Origin: Lama glama | Lineage: Eukaryota | Length of the DNA: 64,000 bases | Direction: 5' to 3' | Assembly (NCBI GenBank): GCA_028534125.1 | Contig: CM052817.1 | Span: 24,988,001-25,052,000, forward strand | Part shown: positions 13,109 through 24,450 of the stretch, piece after piece | Numbering within the stretch: position 1 is the first letter of the stretch | Layout: each line of letters begins with the position of its first letter | Made by a program: the position numbers and the translations under genes | Notes under the pieces: model-generated | What the model was told of the DNA's origin: nothing | The model's database searches: none | Seen by the model: only the letters and a program-made list of their open reading frames with translations

Positions 13109-13389
13109 GAGCCGTCTGTGTGTGAGAAGGAGGCCTTGCCGGTCTCCGAGAGCTCCTTCAGGCTCCTCGGCTCCTCGGATGACCTGTCCAGTGACCCAGA
13201 GGACCACCCCGCGGAAGAGCTCGCCCCGCTGTCACCCCAGCGGGGCTTCAGAAGGCGTGCCAACACCCTGAGCCACGTCCCAGTGGAGTGCCAGGAGCCC
13301 CCGGAGCCTGCCAAGGGGTCCCCAGGGGTCTCGCAGAGGAAACTTGTGAGGTATCACTCAGTGAGCACAGAGACGCCTCATGAACGGAA
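13109..13389 (+). CDS. TBC1D1: TBC1D1 coding exon (~exon 11), 281 nt, phase 0-2; carries the Akt site RRRANT (human Thr596 equivalent, codon 13265-13267) and RYHS
   Basis: ctgccag| acceptor and GAA|gtaaga donor; ORF-track frame 13067..13393 gives EPSVCEKEALP...RRRANTLSH...TETPHERK. Confidence 0.96.
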
Positions 13390-15166
13390 GTAAGATTTGT
13401 TTAAAACGTAGATTTTTGTATAAATGGCTGGGGCTTACCTGTTCCTGACCAGGTACGTGCGGCTCAGCCGTGCTGATGGGGTCAGAGAGAAGCCTAGGTC
13501 AGCTTTCACTCTTGGCTTAAAAGATAACCCCCGCAGCGGTGCCTGTTCCCGCCACTTCCTCCCCTGGGGCCGTGTAGCTGTCAGAGGTGCTCGGACTTGC
13601 GCCATTGCAGGGACCGTGAGGGAGCAGGTCAGGTGGAGCAGGCCGGCGGGGCACAGCGGGGCTCCTCTCAGAGTGTGAGGGCCGGTGACTGCTGGCCTCG
13701 AGGAAGCAGCCATGGGGGGGCTGCTCATTTGGAGGCCGGGATGGCGGGGTGGCGATGGGTCCCGAGCAAGTATGCGGCGTCGGGCCGCCTGGGCGGGATC
13801 ACAGCCTGGGGCCCCATCCTGCTCTGTGCCGGGCCGGGCAAGTCGCTGCCCGTCGCCGTTGGAGTGGACAGTCTCTGAAGTCCCCTGCAGTGTGAGGATT
13901 CTAGAGCCTCCCGACAAGATTGACTAACTTTAATAACGGGCTCTAGCGAGTTTCCTGGTTCTAGAGCTGGGTAAGCACTACAGAGGCTTCCTTCCAGGGT
14001 CCCTTGGCAATTAATTTGAGCCCAGGTGTCAGAGAGCATGAATGGGCACAGAGATATAGTTAAAAATGACTTTAAACGTCTTTTCAAAGCCGTTGCCTTA
14101 TAAACACGAAGCAGGCCCTGCCTGCGTGCAGCCCTTCCTCCCTCTTTCGGTGACACCTGGAGTACGGGGCGCGCGTCGGAGCCGGTTCTGCACCGATGAG
14201 GGGCGTCCACACGGGGGCGTCTGCGATGCTGCTGGTGGACAGGGGACGGTGTCTGCGCTCGCAGACAGTGTGGTGGAGCCTCTCAGCCTTGTCTTCAGTC
14301 AGCCTGGAAGATAGTTATGGCGGTTCTTTGGAATTCGGCTGGATAACTGTGATCCCAGAGGAGAACCCACTTAAGAAGCTAATATTCAGTCATACGACAT
14401 TTTAGAGACCAGGATAGCTTGAGGCTTTGTGGGATTCTCGTCATGTTTTCTAGAACCCTGTGCACACGCTTCTTTTATTCCGCCCCTCCGCTGTGCTCCC
14501 GCCCCTCTTTTCCCGGCACTTTAGTGATGATGGAGACCTTCCTGTCTGGAGATTCCTAGCCGTCTTGCTAATAAGCCTGCTGTTTTGCATTAGCTAAGGA
14601 TGGTAGGAAATAAGAATCCCTGACAGCCCGGTTCCCTTCTCCCCTAAGAATGCAGCTTCCTAAAGGTCGTGCCGGATGTAGGTGATGAGGGGACGTGGAA
14701 ACGTCCTGCCCTCCGCCCTCCCCCCCCAGCTTACCTCTTTGGCCTTGCATCCCCTCGTGACCTCTCTGCTCATTTATGCACAGGAAATGAGACTTGATGT
14801 TAGAAGCAGGTTATTGTTCAGTTTAAAGAGAGATGTATTTTTAAAACTCTGGATTTTGTTTTGCTTTCCTTTGCTTTTGTTTTAATTAAAAAAAATTTTT
14901 TTTCCCGTCAGGTCCTAAAAAGGGAGTAGAGGAAACAGGTCTGTTGGGTGCATAGACATGTGGGAAGTGATCAAGCATGACCTTCCATAGGCCTTTCTTT
15001 ACTGCAAATTGCCTGTGCCCGGAAGTTGGTGTGCAGAAGAGATGTGGAGAGCACCCCCACTCTGGCAGTTCCTGTTCAATGCCTGGCTTCCTGTTCCCTC
15101 CATTTTTCCTGCGTGGTTCCCTCCCCTCCCTCTAATCCCCCTGCTTTCTTTCTAATTGCTGTTTAG

Positions 15167-15328
15167 TGGGAATCATCCACCTGTTGGCGAGTCTAAAAGT
15201 CGCTCAGGTCAGTCTTCAGCTCCTGCTCCTCCACCTCGTCTTAACCCCTCTGCCTCCTCGCCCAATTTCTTTAAGTACCTCAAACATAACTCCAGTGGAG
15301 AACAGAGTGGGAATGCGGTGCCCAAGAG
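15167..15328 (+). CDS. TBC1D1: TBC1D1 alternative cassette exon (~exon 12, muscle-type long isoform), 162 nt, phase 2-2: (N)GNHPPVGESKSRSGQSSAPAPPPRLNPSASSPNFFKYLKHNSSGEQSGNAVPK(S)
   Basis: Pyrimidine tract with tctaat branch-like motif, gtttag| acceptor and GAG|gtgagc donor. Open in the required phase; matches the recalled mouse long-isoform insert (AMPK site Ser660 region). This frame is not in the ORF track. Confidence 0.92.
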
Positions 15329-15737
15329 GTGAGCCACCCGCATGGCAAGTTCAGTGTCGTCTGTCTTCCCGGCACGTTCACGCAGAGGGTGTGCTGATGT
15401 TCGTGCCAGGAGCCCGGGGCCACCGCTTGTGTGTCTGTCTGGTTTGGGTTTTGTTATTGTCAGTCTATCATTTGAATCTACTTAATTTTTCTATCGATTG
15501 ATTTCCTCAAAATTATTATGAAAACAGTCTTAACGGCAAGATGTGTTTTATATAAAACACGTCTTTCACATCCTTTCACATTCCCCTGCCCTAGTACACA
15601 CACATGCGTGCACACACACACACACGACTGTGCTTGATCAAATACATTGCAATTTGTGTTGTATTAGAAACTTCCTCGTTAATTTAGGAAAATTGTATTT
15701 CCAGTTTGGAAGGAGTCATTTTGGATGATGGACTGAT

Positions 15738-15897
15738 TGTTTTTATTTTACTCTGTAAGAATGCTTAACATGAGATCTACTCTCTTAACACATTGTTAAC
15801 GTGTTTGCAGTATTACTAACTCTAGGCACAGTACTGTTAACGGTAGGCACAATGTTGCACAGCAGATCTTTAGAATTTATTCATCTTGCATAACTGA
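15738..15897 (-). mobile_element. 5'-truncated L1 (L1MA-like 3' end) between the two cassette exons
   Basis: cttaacatgagatctactctcttaaca...gaatttattcatcttgcataactgaa; exact 10-bp TSD atggactgat at 15728-15737 and 15898-15907. Confidence 0.75.
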
Positions 15898-16124
15898 ATG
15901 GACTGATGTTTATTCATTAATTCATTGATTCCATTCATTTAAAGTAATAGAATTTTATTGACTGAAAGTGAAAGTTAAATGTCATTTGTAAGCTGTTTTT
16001 CTTACCTGCTTTAATTTTCTTAGCATTAGAACTATAAAAATGTTTTTTATTTTGAAGCTTATGTTTTATACTTTGTCTGTTTGTGTTTCTTTATCTTAAA
16101 CTCTTTTTTCAACCAAACTCTTAG

Positions 16125-16244
16125 CATCTCCTACCGTAATGCCCTGCGGAAAAAACTTCATTCTTCTTCCTCTGTGCCAAATTTTCTAAAATTTCTGGCT
16201 CCTGTAGATGAAAATAACACCTCTGACTTTATGAACACAAAAAG
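16125..16244 (+). CDS. TBC1D1: TBC1D1 alternative cassette exon (~exon 13, muscle-type long isoform), 120 nt, phase 2-2: (S)ISYRNALRKKLHSSSSVPNFLKFLAPVDENNTSDFMNTK(R)
   Basis: ctcttag| acceptor and AAG|gtaggg donor; open frame; matches the recalled mouse long-isoform insert (AMPK site Ser700 region). Confidence 0.92.
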
Positions 16245-17214
16245 GTAGGGTTTGATTTAGATATATCAAGTCTGGGTACAAGTGCTGACTGTTGGACACA
16301 TAGGGATTTTTCAGCTGTTCTTTTGCCGTTTGAAAAATCATTTACGCTAGACCTATTGTATCTTCTTTCTTAGAAGTTTTTCTTACTGGATGTGATTTTT
16401 TAAAAATGTGGAGTCAACTTGTAATCTAGTTTTGACTGGGATGAGTTTACTAATGTGTTGTTATTTTCAGCAAATTAGAGAAAGTCTTACCCATCTAATT
16501 GATTAGAAGTGTTTCTGGATAGTGAGCATGTTTGGCTGTCAATAAATCAGTCAGGATGTCTGATCTGTAAGTTCAGGTGACTGTCTAGTTGCAGGTAGAC
16601 ACTCGGGTGTAGCTCACAAGGGCTTCCCCAAGTTGTCCTGTGAATAGGAAGAAAATTAGTGACTAGATTGTTTTTATGTATATTGAAAACTATATTTTGT
16701 TTTGTAGTTTAAAACATGCAGGTGTTAAAATCATATCAAGTGACTGCATAATTATTGCTTTTGCTGGTTCTGTATAATTTAACTTTTTTCATTTCATGCG
16801 GTGATCCTTGGAGACACAGGCCTATGCTAAGAAAATCTCCCTACCCATCGACTAGGGGAAATTGTGGCGCCTCCTGTAGGCAGTTTCTCTTTCCTGAAGT
16901 GGCACCAAGGGAGGCCCAATTGAAAGCCAAGATCCGCGGAACATATTTTTTAATATCTTTTACAATAGAAATAAATTAAGGACGTGTAAACTTGCTTTTT
17001 TTATAAAAAGCATTCTGCAAGAAGTCAGTCATATAGAAGTGTTGACCTGACCCAATATGATCATGCTTATTGTCTATGATTATCTAATTGTTCACTTGTA
17101 CAAAGGTAACATATCATTTAGTGCTTTGTTAAAAAAAAAAAAACCAGTAAGTCAAGCTAAAATACCTGTTTATATCTCCCCACCAATCATAAGTCAATTA
17201 TCTTGTAATTGTAG

Positions 17215-17354
17215 GGACTTTGAGTCCAAAGCCAACCATCTCAGTGACGCCAGTGGGACCCCTGTGAAGACACGGAGACACTCATGGAGGCAGCAGATCT
17301 TCCTTCGCGTGGCCACCCCACAGAAAGCATGCGAGTCTCCTGGCAGACATGAAG
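17215..17354 (+). CDS. TBC1D1: TBC1D1 coding exon (~exon 14), 140 nt, phase 2-1: DFESKANHLSDASGTPVKTRRHSWRQQIFLRVATPQKACESPGRHE
   Basis: ttgtag| acceptor and AAG|gtgagg donor; within ORF-track frame 17057..17416. Confidence 0.96.
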
Positions 17355-17873
17355 GTGAGGCCTGCCTCCGACATAAAACTAGAAAAAGTGCATTTGTGGA
17401 AGAAGAGGTGAAATGAGATTTCAGGTCAAAATCATCCCCTGATGTTAAAGCTCCCTGGGTAAGAGGCTGACGTGGCAATGCCTGGCACTGTTTCAAGAGG
17501 ATCCTACATTGCAGGGAAACCTGTCACAGGGCTCAGCAGCTTACAGCACTGTGTACGACGCTGCGTGTTACAAATGGCACCTCTGCTGAGCTCTTGTGAC
17601 TGCTCAGCCCTACCTCATTCATGGGAATGTTAAGGACCTCGGGCTGATGCCCCCACTTCCCTCATCCCTTCCCACTGTGTTCCCAAGCTTGTCTGTTTTC
17701 CCCCTCTGCAAGGGTCGCTTTACACCCTGCCTTAGCACGGTGCAGTGTTAGAGGTACCCCATCCCACTGGTCACACTTGTGATGCTCTGTGCCTTGTCAA
17801 TTGCTGTCACTCAGTCTGGTGTCACAGGAGGACTGTCTTGTGCTCGCTCATCCTTGTGCCCTCCAAAGAAATA

Positions 17874-18214
17874 CGGACAGACTTCAGAGATATTGCAGGT
17901 TTGGGTTCCAAAACCACCACAGTAAAGAGAGTATCGCAATAAAGCAGACCACATGAATTTTTTTTGTTTCCTAGTGCATGTAAAAGTTATGTTTACACTG
18001 TAGTATAGGCACTATAATGTAGTCTTTTAAGTGTGCAATAGCATTATGTCTAAAAAAGATGTATATACCTTAATTTAAATAAACTTTATTGCCAAAAATA
18101 ATGCTAACCATCATCTGACAATACAGGGTTGCCACAAACTTTCAATTTGTTAACAAAAAAAAAAAGCAGTATCTGCAAGCACAGTAGTAAGCACGGTGAG
18201 ACGCGGTATGCCCA
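17874..18214 (-). mobile_element. Internally deleted Tigger1-derived non-autonomous DNA transposon (Tigger1a-like)
   Basis: Both Tigger1 ends joined (ta|cggacagacttcagagatattgcagg ... cagggttgccacaaactttcaatttgt ... acgcggtatgccca), with degenerate TIRs and TA at the left flank. Confidence 0.8.
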
Positions 18215-20219
18215 TGTGGGACGCGCTCATGTTTGTCTTTAGGCCTTTTGATGTTGAGTTACAATGTAAAAATGGAGATTAAATGCAGTTCTTCTGACCA
18301 AAATTAAGATTTTTCTCTGACCAGTGATATCATAAACTTTCAATAGTAGATATTTACTGTCCTTAATATTTCTCAATCAAAAATTGTTTCCTTAAAAATC
18401 AGCAAAGTGTAACAGTAGACCTTCAATGAGTACTTGCACGCCTCAGATTGCACATAGTGTAGATTCACTCTTGTCCCTCGACACACCTCTGCGTGTCTCC
18501 CAGGAAGCAGCACAGGCTAATCCAAGAGTTTTCAGACTAGGTTCCCTGCATCTGTCTTGAGGGAGGAGGGCTGTTGGAGGAACCCTCCCCTCCTGTTCCC
18601 CCTCCCCCTCGTTTCTTCATCTCTCCCTGTCTCCCTTCCTCAGAGTTCTTAGTATTTAATTTGAATAATGAATCCTCTGCCCAATTAAACAAGAGCCTGG
18701 TTTGGGCTCAGCTATCTTTGTGAAGTAAATCATGTAACTTCACTTAAGTCGTAGAAGGGTTATAGTAGTGTTGGCTTTTCCTATCTCACGGAAGTACATT
18801 AAATTATAAATGTGACAGTACTTTGAAAACCTGAAGACACACCAGATGTAAACTAACATTATTTTTGCTTCCATTGTTGAGATTGGAGCACTGGTATTTA
18901 GCTTCCTATGCCATTGTCTCCCAGCAGCAGCAATGTAAAGGAGCGCTGGGTTTATAAATTCAGTGAGATTTAAAAAAAATTTTTGAGTAAACTGAGTTAT
19001 TTCAGTTCGTATCAGTTTAGAAAGTTTTGTTTTAAAGGTTTAATTTTCATGTTGTACACTGCCTACTAATGTCCAACAGCCAGATTGTGTAACCTAATCC
19101 CCTTCCTTAAACTTTTTTTAAAATTCTAGGCCACAGGGATCTGCTAGGGTCGTGGCTATAGAAAACACCAGGCTTGTAAACTGCACAGCTCCTGGTTGGA
19201 GCTCTGGCCCCTGAGGAGATGCTGGTGGTCTCTGCAGGCCCCGCCCTGGTGCCGCCCTTTTCCCGTCTCTGGAATCCGGAAGCGTGAGGTTTCTGGACAG
19301 GCACTGGTATCTTCCCGTCAGGGTCTGAGAGACCTGAGTCAGAAGGTTAGTCAGTGCTGGCGAATGCTTGCTTCTCTGGACAAGCCCAGGGTAAAACAGG
19401 CGGGGAGACTACGCTTTGGCAGCATGAAAGGAGGTGATCTTGTGTCACCCCAGCGGAGAGGAAAGGAAGGAGGAAGGAGGCCACAGTTTGCATTTGAGTT
19501 CTCTTTTTGGAAGTCATGGCAGGAAACTTCTTTTTGATAGGTCTAATCTGGGAATATTGTAAGAAATAAATATTTAGGTCCAAGTTGCATTCTTACTGAC
19601 GATACTTGCAATGCACAGGGTTCTTTGGTGCATTCTGGGCTAGCTGACACAGCTGGGCCCAAGTGTGCAGGGAAGGAGGTGGGGTACCTGGTTGTTGCCG
19701 CAGACACAGGTCAGAGCACTGAGCAGGTGCCTCCAGTGCCCTGCTCCCTGAATAGCTTGGTTGCTAGGGAACTGGGAACGGAGCACTTGGTGCTAGCCAT
19801 CTTCCCCACTGGAAGTGGCACTCAAAGCTGCTCAAAGGAGCACCCCAGCATCCACCTGTCAGGCCCCCAGGGTCACCGCTTGTTGATAGCAGGGACCTGC
19901 CCTCTAGCATGGGAAGGTCTCAGGTGGTCGTGATGGTGAACTTCGGGAAAGGATTTAGAGCTCATTTAGGGTAACCTCCTCTGAAAACAGGGGTAGAGAA
20001 CCTGCATCCAGATCCCCACTTCCCACCTTAGGTGCTGTAGTCTGGGACACACTGTCTAATTTCTCCCTGATGTTATAGGATTAGTTAGGCCTTTTGTCAC
20101 ACTGATTGGGATAAGAGAAGTATGATGCTTTTACTGACATTTTATTTTAAAGTGTTCAAATTTCATGAGATTAGAAAGTGAGTGATGCAAACGTTTCTAG
20201 TATAATTTAGTCACCTCCC

Positions 20220-20515
20220 ACGGTGTGGAGGGCCCTCTGGTGCTCCCCGCCCGTTGCTTCTCCCCCTCGGCCCTTCCACAGGGGGGCGCTGTGGAGCAGT
20301 GCTTGGCCGGCACCGCGCTGCCGCCGGAACCGCTGTGCCAAGTGGCGGGGCTTGATTCTCTGGCTGCCAGAGTGACTGGATGGCCGGGCCTTGCTCCTCC
20401 CGCTGCAGAGGGCTCTTCCTCCCAGGTCCTGGCGGTGCCCGGTGAGGGGGAGGTGCGGGCGTGGGCTGGGCGGGGAGGGGAAGGGACGGGAAGGAGGCGG
20501 GCCGGGACTGGGAAC
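20220..20515. promoter_or_regulatory. Short CpG/GC-rich intronic element with CTCF-like motif (20276-20291) and G-run cluster
   Basis: Abrupt CpG enrichment against AT-rich flanks; CCACAGGGGGGCGCTG; GGGCGG boxes at about 20468 and 20496. Confidence 0.45.
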
Positions 20516-23500
20516 TGAGCTGTGATTTGTGATTGAAACAGCAGCAGCACCAGAAGTGGAATTTCGCTGTTTGAGAACAGTGCCCCAGTGTTGCGGTGGC
20601 CATACCGCACGGGGACTTGCTGTGGAGACTGAAGTGCTGTATGATGTCTTTAATGTGTTCAAGTGTAGAGCGTGTCATGAGGATGTACTGTAAACTCCCG
20701 GTGCAGTGGCCAGGAACGTGTTAAGGGTGGTGGATGACTGAAGCAGCCTGTCCCATGCCAGAGCAGTTATAAGTTTTACAGGGAGCTTCCTCAGATGAAG
20801 CTGAATGCTGTCTCCCATGGTTCCCTCCCTCGGTTCCTGTCTGTGTCTGGTCTGAGACTCGTGGAATGCACTTGTTTGCACTTCCTGTTCCTCAGATGGC
20901 AGAGGGTCAAAGAAGCGCTGCTTCCTCCAGAGCTCTGCTCCAGGCTCGTTTCCCCCAGTCTTTTGACCCACTCCGTTTCACTGTCAGTCTCCTCTTAGTC
21001 ATAGTCCTGTCCGCTGACCATATTGGACCCCCGGAGACCTGGAACTCAGCTCCACGTCCCGCAGTCTCCCACCCACGTGGCGCACTCTTCTCTGAATGCA
21101 AGGCCATCTTTATAACCTGTCTCTGCTTTAGGTAATTTACTCACATTCTTGGCTCTTACCATATCTTGTCCCCTGGGGCATGAACTGTTACTTCAAAATT
21201 GGTCTGATTCCTCCCTGCACTTGTGAAAAGTTTTCTACTTCTTACCTGTGAAGTGTGGCAGCATCAGCCAGTTGTTTGGGGATGGTTTTGAAGCTTAATT
21301 CTGGTGACCAGTACGCTGTAGCGAGCTATGTAAAGTTGAAGAGCCAGGCCCTCCATGTCTTTTTGTGATTGATAAAAGTGCTGAGCACGGTGGGCCCTGC
21401 ATAGATACCGCTCCTGCCGTCCCTCTTCCACGGTCATCACTGATTCTTCAGGTCCCAAACTATGCAGCTACTGCCGTTTTCCCCACATCTCCTGAAGGAA
21501 GATGTCCTTAAAGACCCCGATGAAGCACTAGATGAGTGTCACATACATGGTCCACCTGGCCTCTCTGAGGAAGGCTTCTGCTGCAGCCCCTTGTTCTTGC
21601 CACGCGGGCTCCTTCCTGAGGCCTTTGCACAGACTGTTCCCTGTGTTTGCAGTGCTCTTCACCCCTTGTCCCCATGACTAACCCCCTCACCTACTTCACA
21701 TCATTGCTTAAAGTCACCTTTCATTGAGGCCTCCCTGGCCACTCCATTTCAGGTTGTACCCTCATGAGACATCCCTAATCTCCTTACCACGATTTTTTCC
21801 ATAGCTCTTCCCTCTTCGAAACATACTCTAGTTATGTACTTATTCCTTATCTTTATCTCAGGTTCCTTCAGTTTGCACAGGCTTTATGACTTTTAGGTAA
21901 ATTGTTCAGATTCTTACAAACTTAATATTTGGTCCTTCGTGATTTCTTAACTCCCTGCTCCTTCCCCTTCTTTCTGCTTGTGTCCTTTCTGCTCTTACAG
22001 AATTAAGAAGTGCTGTCTGAATTATAAAATTATGTTGTAGGTACTCTGTGTATGAGAGAGAGAGAAGAGAAAATAAAAGCATTTACAACTCTGAAGTGGT
22101 ATTATAATAATAATCACTTACCGTGTCCTTATTTTTAGCAAGTGCTTTGCATGAGTTATTTCCTTTAATTCCCAGTCAACCTTACGAAGGTCGGCATTTT
22201 TATTGCACCTGTTTCACAGATTGTGGAGCAGAGGCTTGGAGTGGCTGAAATCACTCGCCCCAAACCACCGAGCTAGTAGGCGACAGGCAGGACTGGAGCT
22301 CAAGGATCTCTGCCGCACAGTTTGCGGAACTGCCCGCAGGCTGTGCTGCCGGTGGGCGTGGCCCGTGGCTGGGAGCGGCCCAGACTGGGCGTGGCCTCCT
22401 CCTTGGGGCGCCTTCCCTCCGGCCGCCCCGTGAGCCCCTGCATTGAGCGGTTGTTCCCAGTCTGTCCCTGTGTTTCAGAGCTCCAGAGCATTTTAACTCA
22501 TGGAGTTGCCTTCGTCCTTCCTCCCTGCGTGTTAGCACTGGGACAGGAGTGTGCCAGGGAGGGGAGGGAGGTTGATTTCGTAACACCTGTCTGAGTTTTC
22601 TTCTCCCAAAGCAGGCATCTCCATCCTCTGCACTGCCTGCCTCCCATCCTTAGGGCGCAGAGAGCAGCGCCTTCCACTGTGGCCTGGGACCACTTGGACC
22701 CACATGCTTTTCTGTGTGTTCCCCTCTAACTGTGAGACCTACAGATCCTCAGACAGTTGAGGGCCCCAGAGGCCCCCGCATTGGCCAGACCATCTCAGCA
22801 GAGTGTCTACCACTAGAGGTGCCTCTGGGTCTCTGTTCTGCTTCATCTTGTGGGGGCCTCCCCTGGGCAGCCCAGGTGTCTGCAGCCGGTGGCTCTGGCT
22901 TGAGCATGAGGGACAAAAGTCTATAAGGAACACTTTGCGGTGCCTTTAAAAATGTTTCAGGTGCTCAGTGACTCTTTGTGACCATTCTGCATTTATATTC
23001 TGGCACTGCAGACTTCAGTTCATAGACAGGTCTCACCTTCATCAAGGTGGAAACATGAGACAGGGATAATTGTACTGTCCCCTCCTGCTTGGAAAATACT
23101 AGTAAAACATGTCAGTAATTTAAAAACTGGTGTTTGCATAGCAGTAAGGATACAAGTGAAAGAGAAATAGAACTTTCTATAGTTTGGGGGTTCTGATTTT
23201 TATAGATGGGCTAAAAACTGGAGAAGGGTGTTAGTGAGTAGGGAGTGTGACTCCAACTAAATATAGAGTAAAAAACAGTGTGGGTAGAGGTGGAGAGGTT
23301 AGACTGCACAAATACTATCTCAAACGAGTCAGCTTGTCACTTAGGGGTGTGTGACTTTCTATGCGCAAAATCCCTGTGAAATAATGAAGTTGCAAGAATC
23401 TGAATTTTATGTTTTGGAAGCTTATCTGAAGGTAGGCAGTTAATTTCCATTTAGAAATTTACTTATAAATGTTTAGTAGGACAGTGCAAACATCTCCAAA

Positions 23501-24297
23501 TTTCAGGCTGCTTTATGATTTTTTTTTTTTTTAACTCAGCAGAGACCAGTCAGTTTCTTGTAGAAATTCTCACTTGAAGCCAGCAAAGTCTAGCAGGATG
23601 GTTTTCCATTCTGATCCTCAGAGGGGTGGGTCTCTGCTTCTCAGCCAGTAGGTCTAGTGTGCAGCAGCACGGCATCGAAGGGAAACTCTACGATCAGTAG
23701 CGGACTCACCAGTTTGTACTCGAAGACTTTGTGAGGCAAACATTTTTGTCATAAAACAGACACAAGGAGGTCATGAAGTAGAATGAGTATCAAAAGTGGC
23801 ATGGTGGCTGAAATTTAAAGCAGAGTCTTCAGTGATGCTTTTGGTTTGTGGCCACTTATGATTGGTGCCCCAGAAGCCCCGGGGAAATGTGTTCTCTCTC
23901 CTTTGTGTTTTGGATTCTTTGGGTGAAAGGTTTGTGGGGTGCTGAGGAAGTGAAAGGTCCGTAGTTGGTAAGCGATACGATACACCTGACAGAAGGTGGT
24001 TTTACAGGGGTTCAGTTAAATCTGTTACAGGGCAAAGCGGCTGAAGGCCGAGTGTGTTGAAGACTGCATTTGTAGAGCAGAGCCGGGCTGAGGGCAGACG
24101 CAGTTGTTCCTCTGAGTAGGGCCAGCGCTGCTGATGTCTGCATAACAGCCCTTCCTCATCTCCAGGGCCTTCACCCTGGTGATCACCTCCCCCCAGGCCT
24201 GCACTGAAGGTAAGGGTGGCACAGGCACTCTCACCTCTCAGCTGTAGAGGGAACACACCTGTAGATTGAATGGCTTTCCCCAGGTCACAGTCTAGAG

Positions 24298-24450
24298 CAG
24301 CCCTTCACAAACTTGCGTGTGCTTAGGGTCCTCTGGTGATTTGGTAAAGGTGCATTCTGGTGTTGTGGGTCTGGATTCTGGAGAGGGTCTCCATTTCTGA
24401 CAAGCTGCCCAGTGATGCTGTGGTTCTGGTTGATCGTGAGCAGCAAGGCT
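24298..24450. mobile_element. MER5-like hAT-Charlie MITE
   Basis: catttctgacaagctgcccagtgatgctg and ggtgatttggtaaaggtgcattctg resemble MER5. Confidence 0.6.

Noticed and set aside
13424..14405. Many overlapping 70-160 aa ORFs on both strands, also at 41300-43900 and 60600-61400
   Set aside because: Expected in GC-rich, stop-poor sequence; no recognisable domains and many non-ATG starts.
15166..15501. ORF-track 111-aa ORF overlapping exon 12
   Set aside because: Wrong frame; the real exon reads in phase 2 from 15167 and ends at the 15329 donor.
21862..21896. Candidate 35/25/16-nt microexon ending at TAG|gtaaat
   Set aside because: No acceptor choice gives a 3n length, and joining to the 22001 unit still ends in a stop, so there is no coding support.
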